Notes: generated from the sequence alone by a model not told the origin. A DNA stretch of 64,000 nt from Candidatus Kapaibacterium sp. (GCA_039923455.1 JBDTCS010000080.1:12079-76078), one strand, 5' to 3'; positions 8,297-18,407 are shown, numbered from the stretch's first letter. Numbers and translations are program-made.

Positions 8297-11200
8297 CTAA
8301 AAGTTTTGACGAACAAAGAAGTTCATTCGGAATGCATACTTGAGTCCGCTTTCCGGTTGACTGACATAAATAGGAAAATCGAGTTGGAATTCCGTGCGAT
8401 TGGGGTCGATACCATAATATGGAATGTTGAATCGCAGACCTGCGCCGAAATCATAGCGCATGAGTTCGCTCAAGTTGCAGGTGCAAAAGCGATCGGTCAC
8501 GAGTCCCGCATCGCCGAAGAGTGTGAGGCCCGTCAGGTTAAAGATCGGACCGAGGTATGGAATTTCACGCAAGAGTGCAAACGGGAAAAGCGAATAATTG
8601 CCAAGCTCAAATTGCGCACTTCCGGCAACGCGGCCGAAAGGATTTCCTTCCATCATGTATCCTCGAACAAGCGGCCCTGAGACCGCCGGATTCCGTATCT
8701 TACTGCCTTCGTGTGTTCCGAAGTTCGATGCATAGATATCTTCGAACGATTGCAAGAGCGAAGGCGAAGCAAGCCGATACATCGATTCGACCGGCAGATC
8801 AAGACTGTTCGCTGGCTGAGAGCTTCCTCCGAATATTCTCAGATATGCATTCCACTCTGCACCTAACTCCTGCCGAATATTCATCGCACCGGAGAGCTTT
8901 GTATAAGTTGTTCTGGGGTCTCCAAGTCCCGCTTCGGCATCTACGCCGAAACTGAATGAAGTAGATCCACCCTCGGTGTGAAATGCATAACCAAGTTCGA
9001 GTCGGTTGAGCGCGACGCCATCTTTATCATACTGTGACCAATCATAACCCAACTGAAGGTTATGATGTGGTGTCGAACCGGTCGGTGTGGAAAAAATTTG
9101 ATCGAATTTTATTCCAGCGTACGATCTGTTATCGGTGTGAATCGTAGCAAGATCAATATGTGTCTCCGGCGAAATCGCATCGAGTATTGTGTTATACTCT
9201 AGAACTCCACCAATCGAAACGCTCTCCGCTTGCGGTACATGCACACGAAGCCCAAGCGCAAGTCTATCCGTCCGTTCAAGAAAACTCCCGAGCACCGTCC
9301 AGCCATACGTTCGATTAAAAATAAACGGAGCGGTGCGAACGGAGTATGCATCGATCGGCTTGATATCCCGGCGATATTTTGGAAAGAGCTCTACATCCAT
9401 CTTCGGCAACCACGAACTGGAGTTGTTCAGCCTGTTAGTCTCGAGTAATTCACCGGATGGATTAATATCAACGTGCACCGGATGCTTTGCGAATGTATAA
9501 TGATACTTCCGCACTCGTGCCACGGTGCGAAGCCAATCATCAACCGGTATCCACTCTTGCTGTGTCGTGCCATCGGCAAATGTAAAGACGAGATCGATTG
9601 GCATGACACCACGCTCGACACGCTCGATCGTGACATCGGCCTCGTTCGCCTTTACATCGAAATCTGCGATCTTGTAATCCAGCTTCCACGTTTTTCGAAA
9701 CCACTCATCAAAGAACCAACGCAAATCCCCGCGGGCCTTGATGCGTGATGTATCGCCTTCCTTCCGATCGATCTCCTCGGCAACTTGCCTGAGATCATCG
9801 GGATAGGGATGCTTCATGTGCCAGCGATCATAATAGGTATGCAAGAAATGATCGAAGGCCGTATCTCCCATCGCATAACGTAGCATGAAAAAGATCGCAC
9901 CAGTCTTGCCATAGGTGGCTGTGGCGTACGTACTATAATCAAGATACATATCTGCTTTGGTCTCCGGAGGCTCTGCTCGACCGGAGAGATCCATTTCGAG
10001 CGCCCATCGATAATTACTCGTCCGTTCGTCGTCCTGAAATCCAAGACCGGGTGCATTCGAATTATTGTAGCGTCCGAACCATGCTTCAAATGCAAGCGTG
10101 GTTATGAACGTATTAAATCCCTCATCCATATATCCATAGTCGGTCTCGTTCGAGCCCATCATCATTGGGTACCACTCGTGACCTATTTCATGGATCATCG
10201 TGGCTTGCGGATAATGGTATTCTTCGCCGTGAGCATACGGACCGATGAAAACAATGCCGGGATACTCCATGCCACCTTCATATGTTTCACACATGAAGAG
10301 ATTTGGATAGAGATACTGTCCCTCATGTTTGGAATTGAATTGCACGGTGTGCTCGGCAATACGTGCAGCATCCTTCGCCCAAAATGCACGAGAGTTCTCC
10401 CAGTAGAATGCATGATGCATCGTGCCATTCTTGTAGATAGCATCCCAGATGTAGCCTTCATCAGCTACCCACGCAAAATCTCGAACGGAATCAGCATGAA
10501 AGCGCCATGTGACGAGAGATGTATCCGTGCCACGCGCGAAATTTGCATGGTCGCTGATATGCACAAGTGAATCAGGATGTGAGCGCGCAAAATCGAGATG
10601 CTGACGAACATCACTCGTGAGTATCTCCGGATTTTTTTGCCAACCTGTGCTGATCACTGTTGTTAGTGACGCTGGCAAATGCAGCGTGACATCATACATA
10701 CCATAATCGGTATAGAACTCACCCATTCCGATATATTGATCGGGATGCCAACCATGATTATCATACACGCAGATCTGCGGATACCATTGCGCTGTTGCAA
10801 AATTGCGAGCGCCTTGATCGTGATAGCCCCACGTTGAGCGAATTCCAAAGTTCGGCATTTGCCCGACCCACTCGAAACTAAAAACACGTTCCGCACCCGG
10901 GGCAAGCGGCACCTCAAGCTTCAAGTGCATGATCGTGTTATCTACTTCGATCTCGGAAGTATTATCGACATTGCCACTTGCGAGCAGCTGCCCGAACTTC
11001 TTGATCGTCGTACCTTTTGAGCCATACTTATCATTCTCGTCGTGATCGCGATTCGGTGCTGTCTCGCCATAGCTTCCATTTTTGAAGAGATTCCAATAGA
11101 GATGGAAATAGACTTCGTGGAGCGTGTCCGGTGAATTATTTTTATAGAAGAGCGAGCCTTGTCCATGTAACTCCGGGGCACCGGGCAGATCGACCATCGT

Positions 11201-11344
11201 CGCATCGAGTTGATAATAGACGTGCTGCTGAAAATACGGTTCAGCGGCGCTCTGCGCTCGTGCGCTAGTGGCATACAAGGCAGTCATACTTAATAGCATG
11301 AGGAGTATCCCAGACCAGATGCGCGAGAATTTGATTTCGATCAC
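8297..11344 (-). CDS. M1-family zinc metallopeptidase fused to a C-terminal outer-membrane beta-barrel-like domain
   Basis: Signal peptide. GxMEx-like GGMEYPG. HEIGHEW...YMDEGFNTF (HEXXH-X18-E, the M1 signature). The last ~350 aa are rich in alternating amphipathic strands and end in ...FRMNFFVRQNF (terminal Phe, an OMP signature). The start is GTG at 11344; an alternative ATG lies 15 codons in. Confidence 0.7.
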   Translation of the reverse strand: MIEIKFSRIWSGILLMLLSMTALYATSARAQSAAEPYFQQHVYYQLDATMVDLPGAPELHGQGSLFYKNNSPDTLHEVYFHLYWNLFKNGSYGETAPNRDHDENDKYGSKGTTIKKFGQLLASGNVDNTSEIEVDNTIMHLKLEVPLAPGAERVFSFEWVGQMPNFGIRSTWGYHDQGARNFATAQWYPQICVYDNHGWHPDQYIGMGEFYTDYGMYDVTLHLPASLTTVISTGWQKNPEILTSDVRQHLDFARSHPDSLVHISDHANFARGTDTSLVTWRFHADSVRDFAWVADEGYIWDAIYKNGTMHHAFYWENSRAFWAKDAARIAEHTVQFNSKHEGQYLYPNLFMCETYEGGMEYPGIVFIGPYAHGEEYHYPQATMIHEIGHEWYPMMMGSNETDYGYMDEGFNTFITTLAFEAWFGRYNNSNAPGLGFQDDERTSNYRWALEMDLSGRAEPPETKADMYLDYSTYATATYGKTGAIFFMLRYAMGDTAFDHFLHTYYDRWHMKHPYPDDLRQVAEEIDRKEGDTSRIKARGDLRWFFDEWFRKTWKLDYKIADFDVKANEADVTIERVERGVMPIDLVFTFADGTTQQEWIPVDDWLRTVARVRKYHYTFAKHPVHVDINPSGELLETNRLNNSSSWLPKMDVELFPKYRRDIKPIDAYSVRTAPFIFNRTYGWTVLGSFLERTDRLALGLRVHVPQAESVSIGGVLEYNTILDAISPETHIDLATIHTDNRSYAGIKFDQIFSTPTGSTPHHNLQLGYDWSQYDKDGVALNRLELGYAFHTEGGSTSFSFGVDAEAGLGDPRTTYTKLSGAMNIRQELGAEWNAYLRIFGGSSQPANSLDLPVESMYRLASPSLLQSFEDIYASNFGTHEGSKIRNPAVSGPLVRGYMMEGNPFGRVAGSAQFELGNYSLFPFALLREIPYLGPIFNLTGLTLFGDAGLVTDRFCTCNLSELMRYDFGAGLRFNIPYYGIDPNRTEFQLDFPIYVSQPESGLKYAFRMNFFVRQNF

Positions 11345-11514
11345 TTGCTTTCTTAATATTCCGAGGCGTACGACAACTTGGTTTCAAAAATAGCTCTTCC
11401 CCTGAGTCAATCTCCCAAAAAGCCGGAGATTATTCCACTCAGAATAATGCGAAGCATTTTGCAAATTTTTCGGTTATGCTCCCGCCAACTTGACTCGTGG
11501 CCAAACTGTAACCC

Positions 11515-12126
11515 ATGGATAATCAGACGAGACCAGTGCCTAAACCAAAAAAGCGAAACACAACGTGGCTCTACGTTGTGATATTCGTAGTGGTTTCAAC
11601 CGTGCTTATTTTGCACGAGTGGCACTGGCGGTATGATTCACCGTTCCGATATGTCGCCGAGCGTCAGTTGTTGTGGGGGCCTAAATCGGAGAAGCGCATG
11701 GTGCATATTGAGCAATTCACCCTGACTCCGGTCGATAGCTCTCGCCGCGAATTTAAAGATCCGCGAAACGGCGTGACCGATGTAACCATTTGGCAGCTGG
11801 ATCGCCCCGATACACTTCGCTTTAAAGCTCACGGACATTATTACTCCGGATTTCTTCCGGCAAAATTTACCAACGATGGCTCGGCGCAACTCTTTCTGAT
11901 CCCAAACACCGAACAAGATCTCGCGCTAGGTGTGGGGGAATTGATCTATCTTGATAGTGCGCAGAAGCTTGCCGTGCTGCACATCGAGAGCACCAATGTT
12001 GGCGATGCGGACAAAGACGGGGTGTTCGAAATTTATGATCGAGCGCTCGGCACGTTCGAACACTTGGATCCCATGCAAGGCAAGTGGATTCCGGTCGTGA
12101 TCAAGCCTGCGCCAAAGCAAGAGTAA
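11515..12126 (+). CDS. Hypothetical membrane-anchored protein
   Basis: N-terminal transmembrane helix WLYVVIFVVVSTVLIL. No recognisable motifs. 203 aa. Confidence 0.4.
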   Translation: MDNQTRPVPKPKKRNTTWLYVVIFVVVSTVLILHEWHWRYDSPFRYVAERQLLWGPKSEKRMVHIEQFTLTPVDSSRREFKDPRNGVTDVTIWQLDRPDTLRFKAHGHYYSGFLPAKFTNDGSAQLFLIPNTEQDLALGVGELIYLDSAQKLAVLHIESTNVGDADKDGVFEIYDRALGTFEHLDPMQGKWIPVVIKPAPKQE

Positions 12127-12137
12127 CATTGGCAGAC

Positions 12138-12176
12138 AAAAAGAAGGGATCGAACTGACGCGCTCGATCCCTTTTG
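12138..12176. terminator. Bidirectional terminator hairpin between convergent genes
   Basis: Stem aagggatcga / tcgatccctt flanked by an A-run (upstream) and TTTT (downstream). Confidence 0.45.
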
Positions 12177-12195
12177 AACTCTTACAATTGCGGAT

Positions 12196-13476
12196 TTATC
12201 CGCCGCGCTCTATTTTCTCAAGCTTCTCCTTCAGCGATGCAAGATCACCAATTGCGAAGCTCGACGCAGAAGAAGTTGCTTTGTAATTCTTAAGCGTTGT
12301 ACGTTGCGCTTCGCGTTCTGCGGCGATATAGGAGAGCGTTACCTTGCCGTTGCGTCTATCGTATTCGATAACACGCAGACCTTCAAGTGGCTTGCCTAAC
12401 TTGAATACATCCTCGAGGCGCTCGATGCGATCATGACTAAGCTCGCGACGCGGCACAAAGCCCTCTGCACCGCCCGGAAACTCGACCACAATTCCACCCT
12501 TCGTCACTTCTTTGATCGTACCATTATGATCGGTACCGACCTTGTAGGTGCTCTCGATTAGGCGCTGCGGATTTTCCACGAGTTGCTTTTTCGAAACGGT
12601 GAGTCTGCGCGATTCAGGATCGGAGACAGTCACCTTCACCTCGATCTCTTCACCCTCTTTGAGCGCACTCGAAGCAGTCGGAATGTGATGCCATGCGATC
12701 TCGGAGACGGGGAGATATGCTTGAATGCCCGGCTCAAACTCCACTTGCGCACCGTAATCATTGAAGCCAACTACTTTCGCATTCTGCACATGCCCGACCG
12801 GATACTTGCTGAAGCGCTCCAGATACGGATCGCCTGTGAGTTGACGAATGCCGAGAGTAACACGTCTGCGTTGTTTATCCAGATGCAACACTTTCGCATT
12901 CACCATCGCACCACGCTGAACTACTTCGTAGGGATGTGTGAATGTTTCCCAAGAAAGATCTTGTGTGCGTACAACGGCATCGACGCCCGGACCGATATCA
13001 ATCACTGCGCCAATATTGTTGAACGAACGAACTTTACCTTCGATCGTGTCACCAACGTTGATCGTCTCCATGCGTTCGCGGCCCTGTGTGCGAAGATCAT
13101 CCTCGATTACGGCACGATGCGATAGTGCAATCTCGGCTTTTTTACCGTTGCCTTTGATCGAAGTGATTCGAACGGGAAGCGTCTTTCCAAAATAATTTGC
13201 GATGTTCCGATTTGGATCGCGATCGATCATATCGTTCGGCATGAAGCCACGTGTGCCGTCTTCGAGCTCCATCTCCAGCCCGTTACGTTGCCACTTGATG
13301 ACTTTGGCCATCACGTTCTCACGCTGCTTACTTGCTTTGCGCAAGTGTGCGATAGGATCGTTATCCGCTATGGCGGATTCCGATGACGTCGATGATGGTG
13401 CGACGGTCGCAGAGCTTACGTTAGTTGCTACTTCCGGCGATTCAGCCGGCGAAATATTTTCTTGTTCTTCAGCCAC
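12196..13476 (-). CDS. S1 RNA-binding domain protein (ribosomal protein S1-like, about four S1 repeats)
   Basis: Repeated S1-fold motifs (GFMPNDMI, VGDTIEGKVRSFNNIGAVIDIG, GAMVNAKVLHLDKQRRRVTLGIRQ, GHVQNAKVVGFNDYGAQVEFEPGIQAYLPVSE). Low-complexity Ser/Ala/Pro N-terminus. GTG start, so the true N-terminus is uncertain. 426 aa is shorter than a canonical 6-domain RpsA. Confidence 0.6.
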   Translation of the reverse strand: MAEEQENISPAESPEVATNVSSATVAPSSTSSESAIADNDPIAHLRKASKQRENVMAKVIKWQRNGLEMELEDGTRGFMPNDMIDRDPNRNIANYFGKTLPVRITSIKGNGKKAEIALSHRAVIEDDLRTQGRERMETINVGDTIEGKVRSFNNIGAVIDIGPGVDAVVRTQDLSWETFTHPYEVVQRGAMVNAKVLHLDKQRRRVTLGIRQLTGDPYLERFSKYPVGHVQNAKVVGFNDYGAQVEFEPGIQAYLPVSEIAWHHIPTASSALKEGEEIEVKVTVSDPESRRLTVSKKQLVENPQRLIESTYKVGTDHNGTIKEVTKGGIVVEFPGGAEGFVPRRELSHDRIERLEDVFKLGKPLEGLRVIEYDRRNGKVTLSYIAAEREAQRTTLKNYKATSSASSFAIGDLASLKEKLEKIERGG

Positions 13477-13677
13477 GATATTTAGTGTTGCACGTTTCTA
13501 TTCTTGGGCCTTGCTCGGTTCTACGAGCGCTCCCCGAAATGAGTGAGATAGGCAAGGGAAAAGGAATAGCAGCCAAAGGCAGTTCCACGTTTTCCACTCC
13601 CCGTCCAATTACTGTGAATTATATAACATTGGATGACGCGATTCAATGCAAATTTAGGCTATCCGCGGGCCCCTAAA

Positions 13678-14148
13678 TTAATACGGAATCTCGAGCGAAA
13701 TATCCGGCTCCGACAAGTAATCCACGATGGCGCTGCGAAGAATCTCCGGCACGCGAACGGGCTTGTAGCGATCACGATCAACTGTGACAAGTACACAATT
13801 CCCCGTCATGAGCACTTCTCCGGGCTTTCCGCGGTCACTCTCGGCACGAACGATCTCGAACGAGAGCCTGAGCGACGAGGCGCCGAGATGATCCGCCCAG
13901 ATTTCCACGCGCAAAAGATCGTCCAGATATGCGGGGAGCTTAAAATCACAATGGAATTGCGCCCGCACGGTGTAGGCGTTCATTCGTTCAAAAACCTGCG
14001 AGTAGGGTAAACCCATCTCTCGGAATAACTCCGTCTCGGCAATCTCAAAAAAGCGCACATAGCTGCCGAAATAGATGATCCCCGCCCGATCGACATCCGA
14101 CCAGCGGACTCTATCTTCCACAAAAAACCGCTTTTTGCGTTCAGTCAT
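13678..14148 (-). CDS. Acyl-CoA thioesterase, YbgC / 4-hydroxybenzoyl-CoA thioesterase (hotdog) family
   Basis: VRWSDVDRAGIIYFGSYVRFFEIAETELFREMG is typical of 4HBT hotdog thioesterases. 156 aa. Confidence 0.7.
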   Translation of the reverse strand: MTERKKRFFVEDRVRWSDVDRAGIIYFGSYVRFFEIAETELFREMGLPYSQVFERMNAYTVRAQFHCDFKLPAYLDDLLRVEIWADHLGASSLRLSFEIVRAESDRGKPGEVLMTGNCVLVTVDRDRYKPVRVPEILRSAIVDYLSEPDISLEIPY

Positions 14149-14280
14149 ATTCTTATTTACACTGCCATCTTACAAACGCCGACCGATGATTTCGTATTTT
14201 CGCGACAGATTAGATGGAATCACACGCACCATCCAAGCTTTTTTTCAACAGTTTTTTACACAACGCTTTCTTAAAACGCA

Positions 14281-14580
14281 ATGAAACTCAGCGTAGATCA
14301 AGTCAACTATCTTCGTTCGTATCTTCAGAACTCCATTCGTGGTGGTTGCTCACTTTGTGGCAATACCAATTGGGAATTCGATGATGTGCTTTTCGAGCTT
14401 CGTCAATTCATGGGCGGTGGAGTTTCGACTGAAGGGCTAATCAAGCCGACTGTTGCTGTCACCTGCTCGGGCTGCGGTCATATTATTCTTTTGAACGCTC
14501 TTGCGACGGGTGTTATCCGTCTCGAGCAGCCAGCAGCAAGCGCCGAAAGCTTTACCTCTGCCGATCCTGACGAGAACTAA
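14281..14580 (+). CDS. Small hypothetical protein with a putative zinc ribbon (CSLC...CSGC)
   Basis: 99 aa. Two CxxC pairs about 50 residues apart. No signal peptide. Confidence 0.35.
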   Translation: MKLSVDQVNYLRSYLQNSIRGGCSLCGNTNWEFDDVLFELRQFMGGGVSTEGLIKPTVAVTCSGCGHIILLNALATGVIRLEQPAASAESFTSADPDEN

Positions 14581-14613
14581 GCGCTCGCAGCATTGCTGCA
14601 CTCGTGTATTTAT

Positions 14614-14660
14614 GATCGTCATTTCGTATCCTTGTACTAAGATACGGAATGACGATCTTT
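14614..14660. terminator. Long hairpin terminator between convergent genes
   Basis: 17-bp stem gatcgtcatttcgtatc / gatacggaatgacgatc (1 mismatch), then TTTATATT. Confidence 0.55.
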
Positions 14661-14707
14661 ATATTGCACAATTCCCCCGTCCGTGTTTCGAATTAGCCTT
14701 TTAGTCC

Positions 14708-15586
14708 TCAATCTTTTTCGGTATCAATGTGCTTGGTGCGCATCATCATAGAATCGGATTGTACGCGCTCATAATTCTCCGGAATCTGGAAGATCGCATC
14801 ATCGATCTTCTCCTCTTGTATCTCACTAACTTCGCTCGACATAATTACCTGACCGTTGGAAGTCACTTCTGTCTTGATCGGCACTTTGCCACCGGAGACT
14901 GGTGCGATCATAGCAAACAAACGCTCCAGACCGCCTGTACCGGTCCTTCCGCGACCTAAGAACGCATCACGAATCACATCATAAAACTTCATCCTCGGAT
15001 CTGAGGTGAGCCACATATCGACATCCATTCCATTGACCTTTCCTCGATATTCTTCGGTCTCAAATCCATGAATTGTCTGCTTCTTACCCGTTGGTTGGGG
15101 CAGATATGCGCTGAGTGAATCGAGTGCTTCGGGGTGTGCATTCATCGAATCTTTAAGCTTGTGATCGATCGAGTCCATTCCTTTCAAACTCGTAACAAGT
15201 GCCTGATGATTAGGAAGCAAAAGGGTCAGCGTTCGGGAGCCACGATCAATGATTGAGCGCATCTTGAAAAGTCCACCGAGCACGCTCACCTCGTAGGCAA
15301 CTTTATCCTCACGGACATACATCTTAAGCGAGACATTGCTCGCAGCGCCGAGCATTCCGGCAAGTCCCGAGCGCGATACATCGACACTGGTATCGGTCGA
15401 AGTGCTATCGGTCTTGATACCCTTTGATTTGTCCTGCATCATGCTTGTGAGGCCTTGGAGGTGGATGGTCTGCGTAATCGTCCCTTCGAAGGCATGCGCA
15501 GGTAGGGCTGTTTTGCCGGCACAAGCCCCAAGCAGGAGAGATGTCGCCAATAAAAGCAGGAATTGAATTTGGTAGCGTTGATGCAT
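14708..15586 (-). CDS. Hypothetical lipoprotein
   Basis: The internal ATG at 15586 exposes a lipobox signal peptide MHQRYQIQFLLLLATSLLLGAC (the track ORF extends upstream to 15718). No catalytic motifs. Confidence 0.5.
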   Translation of the reverse strand: MHQRYQIQFLLLLATSLLLGACAGKTALPAHAFEGTITQTIHLQGLTSMMQDKSKGIKTDSTSTDTSVDVSRSGLAGMLGAASNVSLKMYVREDKVAYEVSVLGGLFKMRSIIDRGSRTLTLLLPNHQALVTSLKGMDSIDHKLKDSMNAHPEALDSLSAYLPQPTGKKQTIHGFETEEYRGKVNGMDVDMWLTSDPRMKFYDVIRDAFLGRGRTGTGGLERLFAMIAPVSGGKVPIKTEVTSNGQVIMSSEVSEIQEEKIDDAIFQIPENYERVQSDSMMMRTKHIDTEKD

Positions 15587-15996
15587 AGTGGAAAGAGTAA
15601 AGAAGTATATCAGTGTTGCGACAAGCATCCAACAAATCTTTAGAGGATGCAATTCTTCGTCAAGTCGGTTCTGCGGGCTCGGTACGGAATATATGTTAAC
15701 GTGTTTCCATCGGAGCAAAATCGGTGTCTAAATGCATGTATCTCAGCGTCGGCAGCTTTAGTCGGTGTACCCGGCAACCCAAGACCCCGCGGACTTGTTC
15801 ACGGGGACGAATTCCGGGCGAAAACGATGGGCGCTTACCAAAATGGCTGCTTAGCAGAGAGCACCCCTCTACGTCTGTTAAAATTACGTAGAACTTCTAT
15901 TCAACTAATTACGCATTAACCGATTAGCAGAATCGTATTATGGCCACGTCTCCTCGGTCGCTTTTAGCACCACAATCATCTACCCCAAAGGGGGGT

Positions 15997-16374
15997 ATGC
16001 ATTTCTTTGCTTACGTCTTCGCAGTAGCACTTTTCGTTGGCTGCGCGGCGCAACAACTTCCGTTTCATGGATTCAGCGATGCTTCGGGGCTCGACAAAGC
16101 CGATACCTACGTTCTTTCCCAGTCGGTAGGTGGCAAGCTCGATCCAAACAATCTTGCGCAGGAAGACCAGCGTTATAATCATAACAACATCGCCTACAAC
16201 AGAACTGAAGAAGGCTACTATCAGTGGGGAGCAAAGCTCTACGGCATGGGCTACCGCGATATTTATTACGTCCGCGATCTCGAGCCTCGTGCATTTCGCC
16301 GCGCCTTGCTCGATGTCTATGATCAAGCGATACAAGCCGGCTTCGAAGATTCCGAGAAGATGAACGGTAAGTAG
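15997..16374 (+). CDS. Small hypothetical lipoprotein
   Basis: ATG at 15997 is preceded by the SD-like aaagggggg. Lipobox MHFFAYVFAVALFVGC. The stop codon TAG (16372-16374) lies inside the first unit of a 15-bp tandem repeat. Confidence 0.5.
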   Translation: MHFFAYVFAVALFVGCAAQQLPFHGFSDASGLDKADTYVLSQSVGGKLDPNNLAQEDQRYNHNNIAYNRTEEGYYQWGAKLYGMGYRDIYYVRDLEPRAFRRALLDVYDQAIQAGFEDSEKMNGK

Positions 16375-16418
16375 ATGAGCGGTAAGTAGATGAGCGGTAA
16401 GTAAATGAGCGGTAAGTA
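16359..16418. repeat. 15-bp tandem repeat x4 (GATGAGCGGTAAGTA) overlapping a gene stop codon
   Basis: Read directly: gatgaacggtaagta gatgagcggtaagta gatgagcggtaagta aatgagcggtaagta. Each unit carries an in-frame TAG/TAA. Confidence 0.85.
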
Positions 16419-16526
16419 ATTTATAATTGTGTTGAACAGAAACGAAGCGCTCCCTATCGTGAGGATGGGTGAGCCTTTCACGAATACGCACTGCACCTTA
16501 TCATATTAAGTTCGAGATAACAACCG

Positions 16527-18407
16527 ATGTCAGTCGATACCGAGAATATTCCATCCACTAACGCTGCACTTGCACTTAAAGCGATACTCGGCAGCGTACC
16601 TGCTTCGAGATCGAAAGCCGCAAGCGCGATTGAGAAATACATCGGCCTCACGAAAGAGGGAAAGCAGTGGAAGTTCGAATTAACCGAAGCCGGTGAAGCG
16701 ATTGATTCGCGCTATCGCCAGACCTTCCAACTCGCTGAGGAAAAAGGGCCTCGCGATCGTGACGTTGTTAGCCAAATGACGGAGCTTGCGAGCGAGTGGT
16801 CGAGCTATCCCGGTGTTGTCGAGAACACGGCTAACGATCATCTCGAAGCAGAGAAGCCAGAGCTTGCCGTAGACGTCGTAGCGACCGCGATGAAAGAGTG
16901 GGCATCACTCGTGAAAAAAGCTGGCGTAAAATTACCGGAGCAACTTATCGGCGGTACGCCGGGCAATGTGCTCTTTGTGCAATTGCTCGCGAACTACGAG
17001 TTCACACTCGAACGTGCAGGCGATCTCGAAAAAGCGCTCGGAGTTGCAAAGCTTGCACGTGCACTCGAGCCTTCAGATCCGGAGAATATTCTCAGTTCGA
17101 TCGTCTCGCTTTCTATTCGCGTCGGCGAGTGGGAAGAAGCGCTGAATGAACTTGACAGAGTTCCGGAATCAGTTGCGCCATTCGCACTCTATGGTCGCGC
17201 ACTTGCATTCTTCAAAGGTGGACAATTAGAGAACGCTTCCTCGGCAATTCAAAACGCGTTGCGTTACTGGCCTTCGGTTGCCGAGGGCATCAGCCGAGAG
17301 TGGAAGACCGGCACTCCGATGCCGAAACCTGGCGAAGCTGTCAGCGAACTTCAAGTGCTCTATGGCTATTTCGAAGTCTTCGGTCCGGCATGGGCCGCGG
17401 TCGAAGGGGCGTTGGAGTGGCTCCGTGGCGAAGAAAAGAAGTTCAAAGTCTCGGGTGGAAAACCTGCACAGCATGTTGGACTTACGCGCTCAGGTCTGAA
17501 GACCGATGGGCACGGGAATATACTTCCGCCGACGTCCGAGCAGGAAGATATGATTGCGAATGCGAAAGTCATTGGCAGCGACGAGTTCGTCCGATTCCTC
17601 GAAGTGCAACGCAACTCCTATGTGTATGATCTTACCGAGCGTGGCAAAGCGCTCGAAGATGAGTTGCTGGGTCTCTTCCGTAAGGACATGAAATTCCATG
17701 ACAGACTCGATGCGATCAAAGGCTTGCTCGAACAGTGGCCCGGGCACACGAGCGCTGCGGTTTCGCTCGCGAGATTTTATGTATCGGAAAAGAAGCTCGA
17801 TCAAGCGGTCGATACGTTAGAGAAGTCGATCTTCGCCTTGCAAACATTCTGGCCCGATGATCTGATCGAAACAGGCAAGCTGGAAATCGAGTGGGCTGGC
17901 AACAAACCGATGCTGACCGCATACGCGCACATGGTGCTCGATTGTGCCGAAGCCGGTGAATTGCAGGCGGGCAGAGATTTTGCGACCGATTATCTTACGA
18001 TCAATCCGAAGGACAATCTCGGTGTTCGTCAAAAAGCGATCGAGCTTGCCATTCGCACCGGCGACATTGATGGAGCGCTCACACTAATCGATAACGCATT
18101 CGATCCGCAGTCCGCACACAATATTTTTGGACGCGCACTTGCATACTTCATTCAAGGCAAACGCGATGAAGCAAATGTTGCGCTCACACTCGCTGTGCAA
18201 AACCGTCCGAAGATTTATCGCGAGTTGACGGCCGACAAACATCGCATGCCGCACAATTACAACCCGGGCTTCGTGCTGTATTTCAGCGCAGAAGAAGCGT
18301 ACAACTACAACGTACTATGGAGTACCCTATGGCGTAACACGCTCGGCGCCCTCGCGTGGCTCCGCAAAGATGGCCGCAAAGCGTTGCTGGAAGCACCCAA
18401 GGAGTAG
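16527..18407 (+). CDS. Large cytoplasmic helical-repeat (TPR-like) protein of unknown function
   Basis: 626 aa. No signal peptide. Ala/Leu/Glu-rich, with repeated helix-turn-helix-like segments (e.g. ALAFFKGGQLENASSAIQNALRYWP, ALAYFIQGKRDEANVALTLAVQNRP). No catalytic motif recognised. Confidence 0.45.
   Translation: MSVDTENIPSTNAALALKAILGSVPASRSKAASAIEKYIGLTKEGKQWKFELTEAGEAIDSRYRQTFQLAEEKGPRDRDVVSQMTELASEWSSYPGVVENTANDHLEAEKPELAVDVVATAMKEWASLVKKAGVKLPEQLIGGTPGNVLFVQLLANYEFTLERAGDLEKALGVAKLARALEPSDPENILSSIVSLSIRVGEWEEALNELDRVPESVAPFALYGRALAFFKGGQLENASSAIQNALRYWPSVAEGISREWKTGTPMPKPGEAVSELQVLYGYFEVFGPAWAAVEGALEWLRGEEKKFKVSGGKPAQHVGLTRSGLKTDGHGNILPPTSEQEDMIANAKVIGSDEFVRFLEVQRNSYVYDLTERGKALEDELLGLFRKDMKFHDRLDAIKGLLEQWPGHTSAAVSLARFYVSEKKLDQAVDTLEKSIFALQTFWPDDLIETGKLEIEWAGNKPMLTAYAHMVLDCAEAGELQAGRDFATDYLTINPKDNLGVRQKAIELAIRTGDIDGALTLIDNAFDPQSAHNIFGRALAYFIQGKRDEANVALTLAVQNRPKIYRELTADKHRMPHNYNPGFVLYFSAEEAYNYNVLWSTLWRNTLGALAWLRKDGRKALLEAPKE

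Noticed and set aside
16359-16418. CRISPR array interpretation of the 15- and 17-bp tandem repeats
   Set aside because: The units are directly abutting with no spacers, far shorter than CRISPR repeats, and there are no cas genes in the window.
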